Shown here: one piece after another, positions 23,946 through 33,292 of the stretch
Numbering within the stretch: position 1 is the first letter of the stretch
Layout: each line of letters starts with the position of its first letter
Source of the DNA: an uncultured Ruminococcus sp.
GTDB lineage: Bacteria; Bacillota; Clostridia; Oscillospirales; CAG-272
Reading direction: 5' to 3'
DNA length: 40,934 nucleotides
Assembly: GCA_902797235.1 (NCBI GenBank)
Contig: CADBSB010000044.1
Location: forward strand, 1 to 40,934
Made by a program: the position numbers and the translations under genes
The notes under the pieces: model-generated
The model's input: only the letters and a program-made list of their open reading frames with translations
What the model was told of the DNA's origin: nothing
Database searches by the model: none

Positions 23946-24764
23946 ATGAAAAACAGAATTTATATGCTCACGTCCGAATCGAACAGACAGATGAACAGCT
24001 TTATCGTTACCACCGGGGAGGGTGGGCTTATCGTCATCGACGGCGGGTATGAATTCGATAAGCCGAAGCTGTTGTCAAAGCTGCGCGAAATATCGGGGCA
24101 GGATAAGCCGCATATCGACGCGTGGTTTTTCTCCCACGCGCACGACGACCATATCTCCGCTTTCAACAAAATAGTTGAAGACGGCAAAGGCGAGGTCGAA
24201 TTTGACCGCGTTTACTACAATTTCCCGTCCGCGCAGTTCTTTGAAAAGTACGAGACGAACGAGGCGCACGCGATAATCAAATTTTATAAAAACCTACCGA
24301 AATTCGCCGACAAGATCTGCATAGTCTATCAAAGCGACGAATATGAGGTGAAGGGCGCGAAATTCGAGTATCTATACACCGCCGACCCGATTTACAAGTT
24401 CAACTGCATAAACAACTCCACCTCCGTTTTCAGAATGACGCTCGGCGGCAAGACCGTTCTGTTTTTGGGCGATTTAGGTATCGACGCGGGCAAAAAGCTG
24501 CTTTCGATGCAAGGCGATAATTTAAAGAGCGATATGGTGCAGATGGCGCATCACGGACAGAACGGCGTCGATTTCGACGTATATCAGGCGATAGCGCCGA
24601 CCGCGTGTATATGGTGCACTCCCGACTGGCTCTGGAACAACGACGCGGGGTTAGGATATAACACGCACGTATTCAAAACGATAGAAGTCCGCGGCTGGAT
24701 GGAACAGCTCGGGGTCAAGAAAAATTATGTTGCAAAAGACGGAGATCAGATAATAGAGCTTTGA
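23946..24764 (+). CDS. MBL-fold metallo-hydrolase
   Basis: 272 aa. HAHDDH zinc motif and downstream MAHHG. AGAGG RBS 8 nt upstream. Confidence 0.8.
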   Translation: MKNRIYMLTSESNRQMNSFIVTTGEGGLIVIDGGYEFDKPKLLSKLREISGQDKPHIDAWFFSHAHDDHISAFNKIVEDGKGEVEFDRVYYNFPSAQFFEKYETNEAHAIIKFYKNLPKFADKICIVYQSDEYEVKGAKFEYLYTADPIYKFNCINNSTSVFRMTLGGKTVLFLGDLGIDAGKKLLSMQGDNLKSDMVQMAHHGQNGVDFDVYQAIAPTACIWCTPDWLWNNDAGLGYNTHVFKTIEVRGWMEQLGVKKNYVAKDGDQIIEL

Positions 24765-25708
24765 AGGAATTTATAATAAACGATAACGACGCAAATCAGC
24801 GCCTTGACAAATTCATGTCAAAGGCGTGTAAAAACCTGCCGTCCTCGCTTTTATACAAGGCGATACGGACCAAAAAGATTAAGGTCAACAGAAAAAGAGC
24901 GGAGCCGGGCACGACCCTTATGCCCGGTGACGTTGTTTTATGCTTTCTGCCGCCGGAGTTTTTCTCCGAAAACAGCGAAAAAGACCTTTTTTATACCCTG
25001 AAGCCCGCGCTCGACATCGTTTACGAGGATGAAAACATCATAATTTGCGACAAACGCCCGGGGCTTCTCTGCCACCCGGACGAGGAGGGCGAGCAGAACA
25101 CGCTTATAGAGCATATAAAAGCATACCTGTATCAAAAAGGCGAGTACAAGCCCGAGCAGGAAAACTCTTTTATCCCCTCTCTCTGCAACCGCATAGACAG
25201 AAACACGGGCGGACTTGTTATAGCCGCGAAAAACGCGGCGGCTCTGCGCGATATGAACGAAATCATACGCGGCAGGACCGTATCGAAATACTACCTCTGC
25301 GCCGTGCACGGCGTGCCTGAAAAGAAAGAGGCGACGCTGACCGCGTACTTATATAAGGACAAAAAAAACAACGTTGTTACGGTATACGACAAGCCGAAGC
25401 AAGGCAGGGTGAAGATCGTCACGGGATATAAGGTGTTGAAGGCAAAAGACGACAGCGCCCTGCTTGAGGTGCGGTTATACACGGGCAAAACGCATCAGAT
25501 CCGCTCGCATTTATCATACGTCGGCCATCCGCTTCTAGGCGACGGAAAGTACGGTATAAACCGCGAGGACAAAAAAGCGGGCTATAAATATCAGGCGCTT
25601 TACTCCTACAAGCTCGTGTTTGACCGTGGTTCAGGCTCTTTGTCCTACCTTACGGGTAAAAGCTTTGAGGCGGATCAGGATAACATTTGGTTTTATAAGG
25701 ATTTTTAA
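24761..25708 (+). CDS. RluA-family 23S rRNA/tRNA pseudouridine synthase with S4 domain
   Basis: 315 aa. Starts at TTG, overlapping the upstream stop (TTGA). QRLDKFMSK and IRTKKIKVN form the S4-like N-terminus. NRIDRNTGGLV carries the catalytic Asp. GKTHQIRSHL is also present. Start codon choice is uncertain. Confidence 0.8.
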   Translation: MKEFIINDNDANQRLDKFMSKACKNLPSSLLYKAIRTKKIKVNRKRAEPGTTLMPGDVVLCFLPPEFFSENSEKDLFYTLKPALDIVYEDENIIICDKRPGLLCHPDEEGEQNTLIEHIKAYLYQKGEYKPEQENSFIPSLCNRIDRNTGGLVIAAKNAAALRDMNEIIRGRTVSKYYLCAVHGVPEKKEATLTAYLYKDKKNNVVTVYDKPKQGRVKIVTGYKVLKAKDDSALLEVRLYTGKTHQIRSHLSYVGHPLLGDGKYGINREDKKAGYKYQALYSYKLVFDRGSGSLSYLTGKSFEADQDNIWFYKDF

Positions 25709-27289
25709 ATGAACGTTTTACTGATAGCGGCAAGCGCGGCGCTTACGGGGCTTTGCTTTACGTGGTACAAGGCGGGTGTTCTTATATTCTTTACCATGAT
25801 CCCCCTGTTTTACGTGCTTATAAAAGAAGCGGAAAAGCCGCACAAACCGGTCAAATATTACGGGTACGGCTACCTTTTCGGCTCCGTCTTTTACGCATGT
25901 ATTTTCTACTGGTTTACATATCAGTACCCGCTTGAATATCTGAAGTTTACTACGGGCGAAGCCGTTGCGTACGTCGCTCTGTCGTGGATAGGCTCGGGGC
26001 TTATTTTATCCGTTTTGTTCGCGCTTTTCCCGTTTTTCACCGGGCTGTTCATCAGAACTGAACTTAACAAAAAATACCCGTGGCTTTTCGTACCGTTTTC
26101 GGCGTGCTTATACGTCATGATCGAATTCCTGTTCACGCTCGGACCTCTCGCGACGCCGTGGGCGCGCCTCGGCGTTACACAGCAGAGCAATATTTTGGGC
26201 ATACAGACGGCGTCTTTATTCGGCTCGTATTTCATATCGTTCATGATCGTCACGATCAACGCCGCGCTCGCGTACGGGTTGTATGAGCTTATAAAGCACA
26301 AAAATAAAAAAACGGCGATCATCTGCCTTGTCTGCTCCGTCTCTCTGTTTGTAACGAACATGGGCGCAGGCGGCATACTTTACGCGGTCGATAAGAATAA
26401 AAACGAAAATTCGGAAAAGGTGACTGTCGCATCGTACCAGTCAAACATCGTATCCGGCAGGACGGAAACCGGCTCCGTTTATACGGTCACGGACAAGCTT
26501 TTGCAGGCGGCAAAGGACGAAATAATAAAAACCGGCGCAAAGCTGATAGTGATGCCGGAGGGCTGTATTTCAATAGATTTTGAAAAATACCCGTCCATCA
26601 GAAAACAACTCGTCGATTTCAGCCGCGAGCATGACGTCGTGCTGATATTCGGCTGCTACGAATACGACGCGGACAAATTCTACAACGTTACGTACTGCGT
26701 CTCACCCGACGGGCAGATAACAGGTCCGTACAGAAAACAGCACCCCGTCCCGTTCGGCGAATTCACGCCGGCAAAGGAGCTTGTTTTAGCTCTGATGCCG
26801 TTTTTGAAGGACGTTACGAGCATTGGCGACGATCTGTCGCCGGGAGATGAGAGCGTTGTTTTCGATTCGGCGCTCGGCCGCCTCGGCGCGTTCATATGCT
26901 TTGATTCCGCGTTTGAGAGCATAGGTTACGAGGAAACGGCGAAGGGCGCGCTGATACTGACGGAGTCAACGAACGATTCGTGGTGGATGGATTCCGTGCA
27001 GTTATACCAGCACAACGGCCACGCGATACTCCGCGCCGTGGAGGGCAGACGGTATATGGTACGCTCGTCCGCCGCGGGATATTCGACCGTAATATCGTCG
27101 ACGGGTGAAATTCTCGACGGCGTAACGCCGTTGACCGAGGGCTTTGCGACAACCGACGCAGTGCTGCGGGAAGATTTGAGCTTCTACCACAAAACGCCGT
27201 ACCTCTTCCCCTTTCTCTGCTTATCCGTAGTTTTAAGCGGGTTTATTTGGGCTTTGATATACAAAAAACGATATATTTGTAAAAAATAA
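25709..27289 (+). CDS. lnt: Apolipoprotein N-acyltransferase homologue (multi-TM N-terminus + CN-hydrolase domain)
   Basis: 526 aa with about 7 N-terminal TM helices and one C-terminal TM. CN-hydrolase triad candidates: IVMPEG (Glu), YRKQHPVPFGEFTP (Lys), AFICFDS (Cys). AAGGA RBS 7 nt upstream. Confidence 0.8.
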   Translation: MNVLLIAASAALTGLCFTWYKAGVLIFFTMIPLFYVLIKEAEKPHKPVKYYGYGYLFGSVFYACIFYWFTYQYPLEYLKFTTGEAVAYVALSWIGSGLILSVLFALFPFFTGLFIRTELNKKYPWLFVPFSACLYVMIEFLFTLGPLATPWARLGVTQQSNILGIQTASLFGSYFISFMIVTINAALAYGLYELIKHKNKKTAIICLVCSVSLFVTNMGAGGILYAVDKNKNENSEKVTVASYQSNIVSGRTETGSVYTVTDKLLQAAKDEIIKTGAKLIVMPEGCISIDFEKYPSIRKQLVDFSREHDVVLIFGCYEYDADKFYNVTYCVSPDGQITGPYRKQHPVPFGEFTPAKELVLALMPFLKDVTSIGDDLSPGDESVVFDSALGRLGAFICFDSAFESIGYEETAKGALILTESTNDSWWMDSVQLYQHNGHAILRAVEGRRYMVRSSAAGYSTVISSTGEILDGVTPLTEGFATTDAVLREDLSFYHKTPYLFPFLCLSVVLSGFIWALIYKKRYICKK

Positions 27290-27301
27290 CATTTTATGTA
27301 C

Positions 27302-27329
27302 TTGTAATTTCAAAATATTATAGTATAAT
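27302..27329 (+). promoter_or_regulatory. Sigma-A type promoter for the rimO operon
   Basis: TTGTAA (27302..27307), 16-nt spacer, TATAAT (27324..27329). About 230 nt upstream of the rimO ATG. Confidence 0.55.
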
Positions 27330-27343
27330 ATATTCGACAAAAA

Positions 27344-27531
27344 AGCTGAATTCGCCTTTGCGAATTCAATTTAGCTGAAAACTGCGGGTTTTCAATTCAG
27401 CTATATGCTTTTTGCATATAATTCAGCTGAATTCAAGCTATGATATTAAAGCTAAATTCACCTTTGGTGAGCTAAATTCGGCTTTGCCGAGCTAAATTCG
27501 CTTAAGGCGAGCTAAATTTGCTTCGCAAGCT
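27344..27531 (+). repeat. Word-hairpin tandem array (word AGCTAAATT / AGCTGAATTC)
   Basis: Proximal part: GAATTCGC-CTTT-GCGAATTC, GCTGAAAAC...GTTTTCA(ATTC)AGC, TATATGC-TTTTT-GCATATA, separated by AGCTGAATTC-like words. Distal part: four exact 20-nt-period units of AGCTAAATT + hairpin (TCACC-TTT-GGTGA, TCGGC-TTT-GCCGA, TCGCT-TAA-GGCGA, TTGC-TTC-GCAA) at 27450, 27470, 27490 and 27510. Confidence 0.85.
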
Positions 27532-27556
27532 ATTATAAAATATTAAAGGATAACAT

Positions 27557-28900
27557 ATGAAGAACATAAAAATCGGTTTCGTCTCGCTCGGATGCTGTAA
27601 AAATCAGCTCGACACGGAGGTGATGCTCTCAGTACTTGCCGACGAGGGGTACGAGATAACGAACGAAGAAGCGGAAGCGGACGTTATAATCATAAACACC
27701 TGCGCGTTCATAAACGACGCGAAGCAGGAAGCGATAGACAACATACTCGATATCGCGTGGTTCAAAAAGCACCGGCATTTGAAGAAAATAATCGTAACCG
27801 GCTGTCTTGCGGAGCGCTACCGCGAGCAGGTATTCGAGCAGATGCCCGAGGTCGACGCGCTCGTCGGCGTGGGCAGCATAAAGCGGATAGCCGAGGTCGT
27901 GAAAAAAGCGCTCGCGGGCGAACGGTACGCCGCGTTTGACGACAAGAACACGTCCGAGCTGGGCGGCGGCAGGATGCTCACGACGCCTCCGTACGCCGCT
28001 TACCTGAAGATAGCCGAGGGGTGCGACAACCGCTGCACGTACTGCGCGATACCGCTCATACGCGGAAAATTCCGCTCGCGCCCGATGGAAGACCTCGTCG
28101 AGGAGGCGAAGCTTCTGGCGGCGGACGGCTGCAAGGAGCTGTCGCTCATAGCGCAGGACACGTCGCGCTACGGTCTCGATCTGTACGGCAAGTATTCTCT
28201 GCCGGAATTGATACGCCGCATATGCGCGGAAACGGATATACCGTGGATAAGGCTTTTATACCTCTACCCCGACAAGATAACGGACGAGCTTATAGACGAG
28301 ATAGCGAACAACGACAGAGTGGTAAAATATATCGACCTGCCGATACAGCATATAAATGACGAGGTGCTGAAAAACATGAACCGCCACGGCGACAGGGCGA
28401 CCATAGAGGGCGCGATAAAGCGCCTGCGTGAAAAGATCCCGGACGTGACCCTGCGCACCACCGTAATAGCGGGCTTCCCCGGAGAGACCGTGGAACAGTT
28501 CGAGGAGCTGTGCGACTTTATAAAGGAAACGAAGTTCGACCGTCTCGGCGCCTTCGCCTACTCGCGTGAGGAGGACACGCCCGCATACGACTTCCCCGAT
28601 CAGATAGACGAGCAGACAAAGCAGGACAGATGCGACAAGATAATGGCGCTGCAAGCAGATATAAGCAGCGAGCTCAACGCAAAAAAGCTGCGTAAAACGA
28701 TAAAGGTGCTCTGCGAGGGCTTTGACGGCGCGTCGGGCGCATACGTCGGTCGCTCGGAGGCTGACGCGCCGGACGTGGACGGCAAAATATTCTTCGACCT
28801 TGACAGAGGTCAGGGCTTACATAAAGACGGCGATTTCGTCAACGTCAGGATAACCGACTGCTACGACTATGATTTAGTCGGCATAAGCAAGAAAGGATAA
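27557..28900 (+). CDS. rimO: Ribosomal protein S12 methylthiotransferase RimO
   Basis: 447 aa. N-terminal UPF0004 Cys motif (GFVSLGCCKNQLDTE), radical-SAM CDNRCTYC, C-terminal TRAM domain. Confidence 0.88.
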   Translation: MKNIKIGFVSLGCCKNQLDTEVMLSVLADEGYEITNEEAEADVIIINTCAFINDAKQEAIDNILDIAWFKKHRHLKKIIVTGCLAERYREQVFEQMPEVDALVGVGSIKRIAEVVKKALAGERYAAFDDKNTSELGGGRMLTTPPYAAYLKIAEGCDNRCTYCAIPLIRGKFRSRPMEDLVEEAKLLAADGCKELSLIAQDTSRYGLDLYGKYSLPELIRRICAETDIPWIRLLYLYPDKITDELIDEIANNDRVVKYIDLPIQHINDEVLKNMNRHGDRATIEGAIKRLREKIPDVTLRTTVIAGFPGETVEQFEELCDFIKETKFDRLGAFAYSREEDTPAYDFPDQIDEQTKQDRCDKIMALQADISSELNAKKLRKTIKVLCEGFDGASGAYVGRSEADAPDVDGKIFFDLDRGQGLHKDGDFVNVRITDCYDYDLVGISKKG

Positions 28901-28904
28901 AACC

Positions 28905-29522
28905 ATGGCAGAAAAAAGAAAAAGCACGGGCAGGGTATTCAACATACCGAACTTACTTACGCTTACAAGGATAGGTCTTGTTCCGCCGATAATCATTTTC
29001 ATACTCATACAGTGGTCTAACAAAGACGTTTGCAATATCATCACGGCGGTTTTGTTTCTCATAGCCGCCCTGACCGATCTGTTTGACGGGGCGATAGCGA
29101 GAAGCACGAACCAGGTGACGGATTTCGGCAAGTTTTTGGACCCGATAGCCGATAAAATGCTCATACTCGGCACGCTCATAGCGATAGCCGGCTCCGACAG
29201 ATTTGCGTATATCCGTTTATTCGTCGTCATATGCGCCTGCATTATACTTCTGCGCGAGCTTGCGATAACGTCGATACGCATGGTGGCGTCGAATCACGAC
29301 GGCACGGTAATATCAGCCAATTTCTTAGGCAAAATGAAGACGGTCGTTTCCGTCGCCTCGCTCATAGTGGTGTTCACGGAGGAGGTAATTTTCAGAAACG
29401 GCGGGCTTTTTGGCGTACATCTGCTTTCTTATATAATGCTGTCTGTAACGGTACTGCTCACCGTGCTGTCCGGCGTCGTGTACGTCAAAAAATACTTCTC
29501 CTACATAGATCCGAGAAGATGA
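28905..29522 (+). CDS. pgsA: CDP-diacylglycerol--glycerol-3-phosphate 3-phosphatidyltransferase
   Basis: 205 aa. CDP-alcohol phosphotransferase motif DLFDGAIARSTNQVTDFGKFLDPIADK. Multi-TM. Confidence 0.9.
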   Translation: MAEKRKSTGRVFNIPNLLTLTRIGLVPPIIIFILIQWSNKDVCNIITAVLFLIAALTDLFDGAIARSTNQVTDFGKFLDPIADKMLILGTLIAIAGSDRFAYIRLFVVICACIILLRELAITSIRMVASNHDGTVISANFLGKMKTVVSVASLIVVFTEEVIFRNGGLFGVHLLSYIMLSVTVLLTVLSGVVYVKKYFSYIDPRR

Positions 29523-30112
29523 TAAGCATTTATTACGCCTATCCCGGAAGTCTGAGCATCAGGGAGCTGTACGACAGAGCAGACACTCACTCCCGCAAGG
29601 TATTCGACGATTCCGCCAAGGCGGCGACGGATTACTGCTCACTTTTCTGCCGTGTGCTCTCCGACATAGGCATAGCCGAATTCGGCGCGGATCCCGAGCT
29701 TTTGGAGCTGTCAAAAAACGAATACGGCAAGGAATATATAGTAGACAGGCAGATCTTTTATAACGTATCTCATACAAAAGAGCTTTTGTGCTCCGCCGTG
29801 TCCGACAGCGAGGTCGGCGTGGACTGCGAGACGGTATGCGAACGCGACTACAATGAGCTATCGGAGCGCTTTTTCACAAAGAGAGAGCATGATATGATAA
29901 TGAGCAGCCACGATCCGCTCGATACCTTCATATGCGTCTGGACAAAAAAGGAAAGCTACGTCAAATACACGGGCACGGGGTTGTCCACCCCGCTCGATTC
30001 TTTCGACGTGGCTGATATAGAGGATATGCAGTCGACGTATAAGATAGGCAATTCCTATCTTACCGTCACGGGAGACATATCGCACATCAAATTCATAAAA
30101 GAGGGAAAATAA
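29519..30112 (+). CDS. 4'-phosphopantetheinyl transferase, Sfp-type
   Basis: Re-called start at ATG 29519 (MISIYYAYPG...), overlapping the pgsA stop as ATGA; the track ORF starts at 29231 inside pgsA. FNVSHT, VGVDCE and WTKKESYVKYTG motifs. Confidence 0.75.
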   Translation: MISIYYAYPGSLSIRELYDRADTHSRKVFDDSAKAATDYCSLFCRVLSDIGIAEFGADPELLELSKNEYGKEYIVDRQIFYNVSHTKELLCSAVSDSEVGVDCETVCERDYNELSERFFTKREHDMIMSSHDPLDTFICVWTKKESYVKYTGTGLSTPLDSFDVADIEDMQSTYKIGNSYLTVTGDISHIKFIKEGK

Positions 30113-30113
30113 A

Positions 30114-31391
30114 ATGATAATAAAACCGAGAGGAACGTCGGATATTTTACCGAAGGACACGCCCGTCTGGAGAAAGATAGAAGAGACGGCGCGTGAGGTC
30201 GCCGGGCTTTACGGCTGCGGCGAGATAAGATTCCCGACGTTTGAGAGTACGGAGTTATTCGCGCGCGGCGTGGGCGACACCACGGACGTCGTGCAGAAGG
30301 AGATGTATACGTTCCTCGACAAGGACGGCAGGAGCATGACGCTCCGCCCCGAGGGAACGGCGTGCGTCGTCCGCTCCGTAATAGAAAACGGCCTGTCAGG
30401 CGAGGCGATGCCGCTTAAACTGTACTATTTTACAAGCTGTTTCAGATACGAAAAGCCCGCCGCCGGAAGGTACAGAGAATTCTACCAGTTCGGGGTTGAG
30501 CTTTTCGGCGCGGAAACGCCCGCTTCCGATATGCAGACGATAGCGCTCGCCGATACGCTGCTCAAACGGCTGAAAATCAAGGCTGATTTAAAGATAAACA
30601 GCATAGGCTGTAAAGGTTGCCGCCCGAAATACAGAGAGGCGCTCGTATCGTATTTCAAGCAGTATGAAAATGAGCTGTGCGATACGTGCAGGGGCAGACT
30701 TTTAACAAACCCCATGCGCATACTCGACTGCAAGAGCCCGATCTGCGGAAAGATAGCCGAAAACGCGCCGAAGACCATAGACTATTTATGTGAGGACTGC
30801 ACGTCGCACATGGAAAACTTGAAAATGCTTTTATCGGACGCCGGTATAGGATATGAGGTAGATCCCGGCATCGTCCGCGGACTTGATTACTACACAAAGA
30901 CCGTGTTTGAATTCATAGCGCCGATAGACAAGGACGAAAAGACCGGCGAGATCAAATATCTCACGATATGCGCCGGCGGCAGATACGACGGACTTGTTGA
31001 AGAGATAGGCGGACCGAGACTGCCCGGCATCGGCTTTGCCGCGGGCATGGACAGACTTGTCGCGGCTATGAAGACGTCCGGCACGGAAATACCGTCAAAC
31101 ATCGCGCCCGCCGTTTATATCGCACCGCTGGGCGAGGCGGCGGCGAAAGCGGCGCAGAAGATAGTCTACGATCTGCGCTCCAAGGGCGTTTACGCCGAGT
31201 GCGACGTGGTCGGCAGGAGCCTCAAATCGCAGATGAAATACGCCGATAAGATCGGCGCCGGATATACCGTCATAATAGGCGACAACGAGATAGAAACGGG
31301 CCGCGCCGTGCTCAAAAACATGAAGACGAGCGAACAGACGGAAATAAAATTAGACGAGATAGACACCATAATATCAAAGAGAGGACAATAA
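30114..31391 (+). CDS. hisS: Histidine--tRNA ligase
   Basis: 425 aa. Class II motifs: MTLRPEGT, YYFTSCFRYEKP, ICAGGRYDGL, GIGFAAGMDR. Anticodon-binding C-terminus. Confidence 0.93.
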   Translation: MIIKPRGTSDILPKDTPVWRKIEETAREVAGLYGCGEIRFPTFESTELFARGVGDTTDVVQKEMYTFLDKDGRSMTLRPEGTACVVRSVIENGLSGEAMPLKLYYFTSCFRYEKPAAGRYREFYQFGVELFGAETPASDMQTIALADTLLKRLKIKADLKINSIGCKGCRPKYREALVSYFKQYENELCDTCRGRLLTNPMRILDCKSPICGKIAENAPKTIDYLCEDCTSHMENLKMLLSDAGIGYEVDPGIVRGLDYYTKTVFEFIAPIDKDEKTGEIKYLTICAGGRYDGLVEEIGGPRLPGIGFAAGMDRLVAAMKTSGTEIPSNIAPAVYIAPLGEAAAKAAQKIVYDLRSKGVYAECDVVGRSLKSQMKYADKIGAGYTVIIGDNEIETGRAVLKNMKTSEQTEIKLDEIDTIISKRGQ

Positions 31392-31392
31392 A

Positions 31393-33174
31393 ATGTCACA
31401 GTTATTCACCAAAGAGGATAAAAGAACGCATTACTGCGGAGAGCTCTCAAATAAAAACATAGGTCAGCGCGTTACGGTCTGCGGCTGGGTACAGAAGCAG
31501 CGCGATTTGGGCTCGCTCATATTCATCGACCTGCGCGACAGAGAGGGCATAATACAGTTATCGTTTGACGAGGCGACGCCGAAGGAAGTTTTCGACCTCG
31601 CGTTCACCGTCAGAAGCGAATACGTGCTGTCGGCAAAGGGCGTAGTACGTGCCAGATCAAGCGTGAACAAAAACATAAAGACCGGCGATATAGAAATAGC
31701 CGTTGACGAGCTGAAAATAATCTCCGAGGCGGAGACCACGCCGTTTGAGATAACGGACAACACCACGGCAAAGGAGGAGTTAAGGCTCAAATACAGATAC
31801 CTCGACCTCCGCCGCCCGACCTTACAGAAAAACATAATAATGCGCCATAAGATAGCGCAGATAGCGCGCGAATATTTCTATAACAACGGATTTATTGAAA
31901 TCGAAACGCCGATGATGATAAAACCGACGCCCGAGGGCGCGAGGGACTATCTCGTTCCGTCACGTATTCATCACGGAAAGACGTACGCGCTGCCGCAGTC
32001 GCCGCAGATATATAAACAGCTTTTGATGCTGTCGGGTTTTGACAGATATATACAGCTCGCCCGCTGCTTCCGCGACGAGGATTTACGCGCCGACAGACAG
32101 CCGGAATTCACGCAGATAGACCTTGAAATGTCTTTCGTCGAGCAGGAGGATATAATGGAGGTCGTGGAGGGCTTCTTCTCCACCCTGTTCTCCCGCGTGC
32201 TCGGCGTTGACGTAAAGCTGCCGATAAGAAGGATGACGTTCCGCGACGCGATGAACGATTACGGCTCCGACAAGCCCGATCTTCGTTTCGGTATGAAGAT
32301 ACAGAACATCTCCGACGCGGTGGCGGGCATAGCGTTCCCGCCGTTTGCGGACGCGTTAGCAAACGGAGGCTCGGTACGCGCCATAGTGGCGGAGGACGGC
32401 GCGGCGACGCTTTCGCGTAAGGAAATGGACAAGCTTACGGAGACCGCAAAGGGTATCGGCGCAAAGGGTCTTGCTTATATACGCTGGACAGAGGATCAGC
32501 CGTCCTGCCCGTTCTCCAAATTCTTGGGCGAGGGGGATCTTGAAAAGATCACGGCGGCGCTCAAAATGAAAAAAGGCGACGCGGCGCTTATAGTCGCGGA
32601 CAAGAACAAAGTGGTTCTGCCGGTTCTCGGACAGCTGCGCAATACAGTCGCAAGAAAGCTCGATATAATAAAAGAGGGCTATGAGTTTACGTGGATAACG
32701 GAAATGCCGTTCTTTGAGTACGACGAGGAGACGGGCAAATGGCTTGCCATGCACCATCCGTTCACGATGCCGCTTGACGAGTGTTTGCCGTACATCGAAT
32801 CCGATCCCGAAAACGTACGCGCAAAGGCGTACGACCTGGTGCTGAACGGCACGGAACTGCTCTCCGGTTCGATACGCATAACGAACGTGCAGTTACAGCA
32901 GAAGATGTTCGAATTGCTCGGCCTGACCGACGAGGAGATAGACGCCAAATTCGGCTTCCTGGTCGACGGCTATAAGTACGGCGCTCCTCCGCACGGCGGC
33001 GCGGGCATAGGAATCGACAGGATAGCGATGATAATGTGCGGCGCGGATTCTTTGCGTGACGTCGTAGCGTTTCCGAAGGTGCAGAACGCCTCCGAGCTCA
33101 TGTCCGGCTGTCCCGCCGTTCCCGACGCCCAGGCGCTTGCGGACCTCGCGGTCCAGTTCACCGACGAAGAATAA
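31393..33174 (+). CDS. aspS: Aspartate--tRNA ligase
   Basis: 593 aa. OB-fold N-terminus ([19 protein letters not shown]), [32 protein letters not shown]. Bacterial-type insertion domain. Confidence 0.93.
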   Translation: MSQLFTKEDKRTHYCGELSNKNIGQRVTVCGWVQKQRDLGSLIFIDLRDREGIIQLSFDEATPKEVFDLAFTVRSEYVLSAKGVVRARSSVNKNIKTGDIEIAVDELKIISEAETTPFEITDNTTAKEELRLKYRYLDLRRPTLQKNIIMRHKIAQIAREYFYNNGFIEIETPMMIKPTPEGARDYLVPSRIHHGKTYALPQSPQIYKQLLMLSGFDRYIQLARCFRDEDLRADRQPEFTQIDLEMSFVEQEDIMEVVEGFFSTLFSRVLGVDVKLPIRRMTFRDAMNDYGSDKPDLRFGMKIQNISDAVAGIAFPPFADALANGGSVRAIVAEDGAATLSRKEMDKLTETAKGIGAKGLAYIRWTEDQPSCPFSKFLGEGDLEKITAALKMKKGDAALIVADKNKVVLPVLGQLRNTVARKLDIIKEGYEFTWITEMPFFEYDEETGKWLAMHHPFTMPLDECLPYIESDPENVRAKAYDLVLNGTELLSGSIRITNVQLQQKMFELLGLTDEEIDAKFGFLVDGYKYGAPPHGGAGIGIDRIAMIMCGADSLRDVVAFPKVQNASELMSGCPAVPDAQALADLAVQFTDEE

Positions 33175-33187
33175 TATGTATCTTTCC

Positions 33188-33236
33188 GCGTTTGTCGCGG
33201 TGTCGTAAGATACCGCGACAAACGCGCTGTTTTTTA
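33188..33236 (+). terminator. Rho-independent terminator after aspS
   Basis: 14-bp perfect stem GCGTTTGTCGCGGT / ACCGCGACAAACGC (33188..33201, 33212..33225), followed shortly by TTTTTT. Confidence 0.8.
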
Positions 33237-33278
33237 GGGAGGGGAGACCCCTCCCCTACAAGGTCTGAATTCTTAATT
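33237..33278 (+). repeat. G/C hairpin plus CTKAATT heptads (miniature of the GC-element terminus)
   Basis: GGGAGGGG-AGA-CCCCTCCC (33237..33255), then CTGAATTCTTAATT (33265..33278), an exact match to 19556..19569. Confidence 0.75.
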
Positions 33279-33292
33279 TTTAAGGGTGCATT

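Noticed and set aside
27333-27339. Spo0A-box-like TTCGACA just downstream of the rimO promoter -10
   Set aside because: A single 7-mer is expected several times by chance in 41 kb on two strands, and there is no second box nearby.
27344-27531. Could the tandem hairpin arrays (also 23850..23945 and 35099..35192) be CRISPR arrays?
   Set aside because: The period is only 20-28 nt. The 'repeat' is an 8-10 nt AT-rich word, the variable part is a self-complementary hairpin rather than a 25-40 nt spacer, and there are no cas genes in the window.
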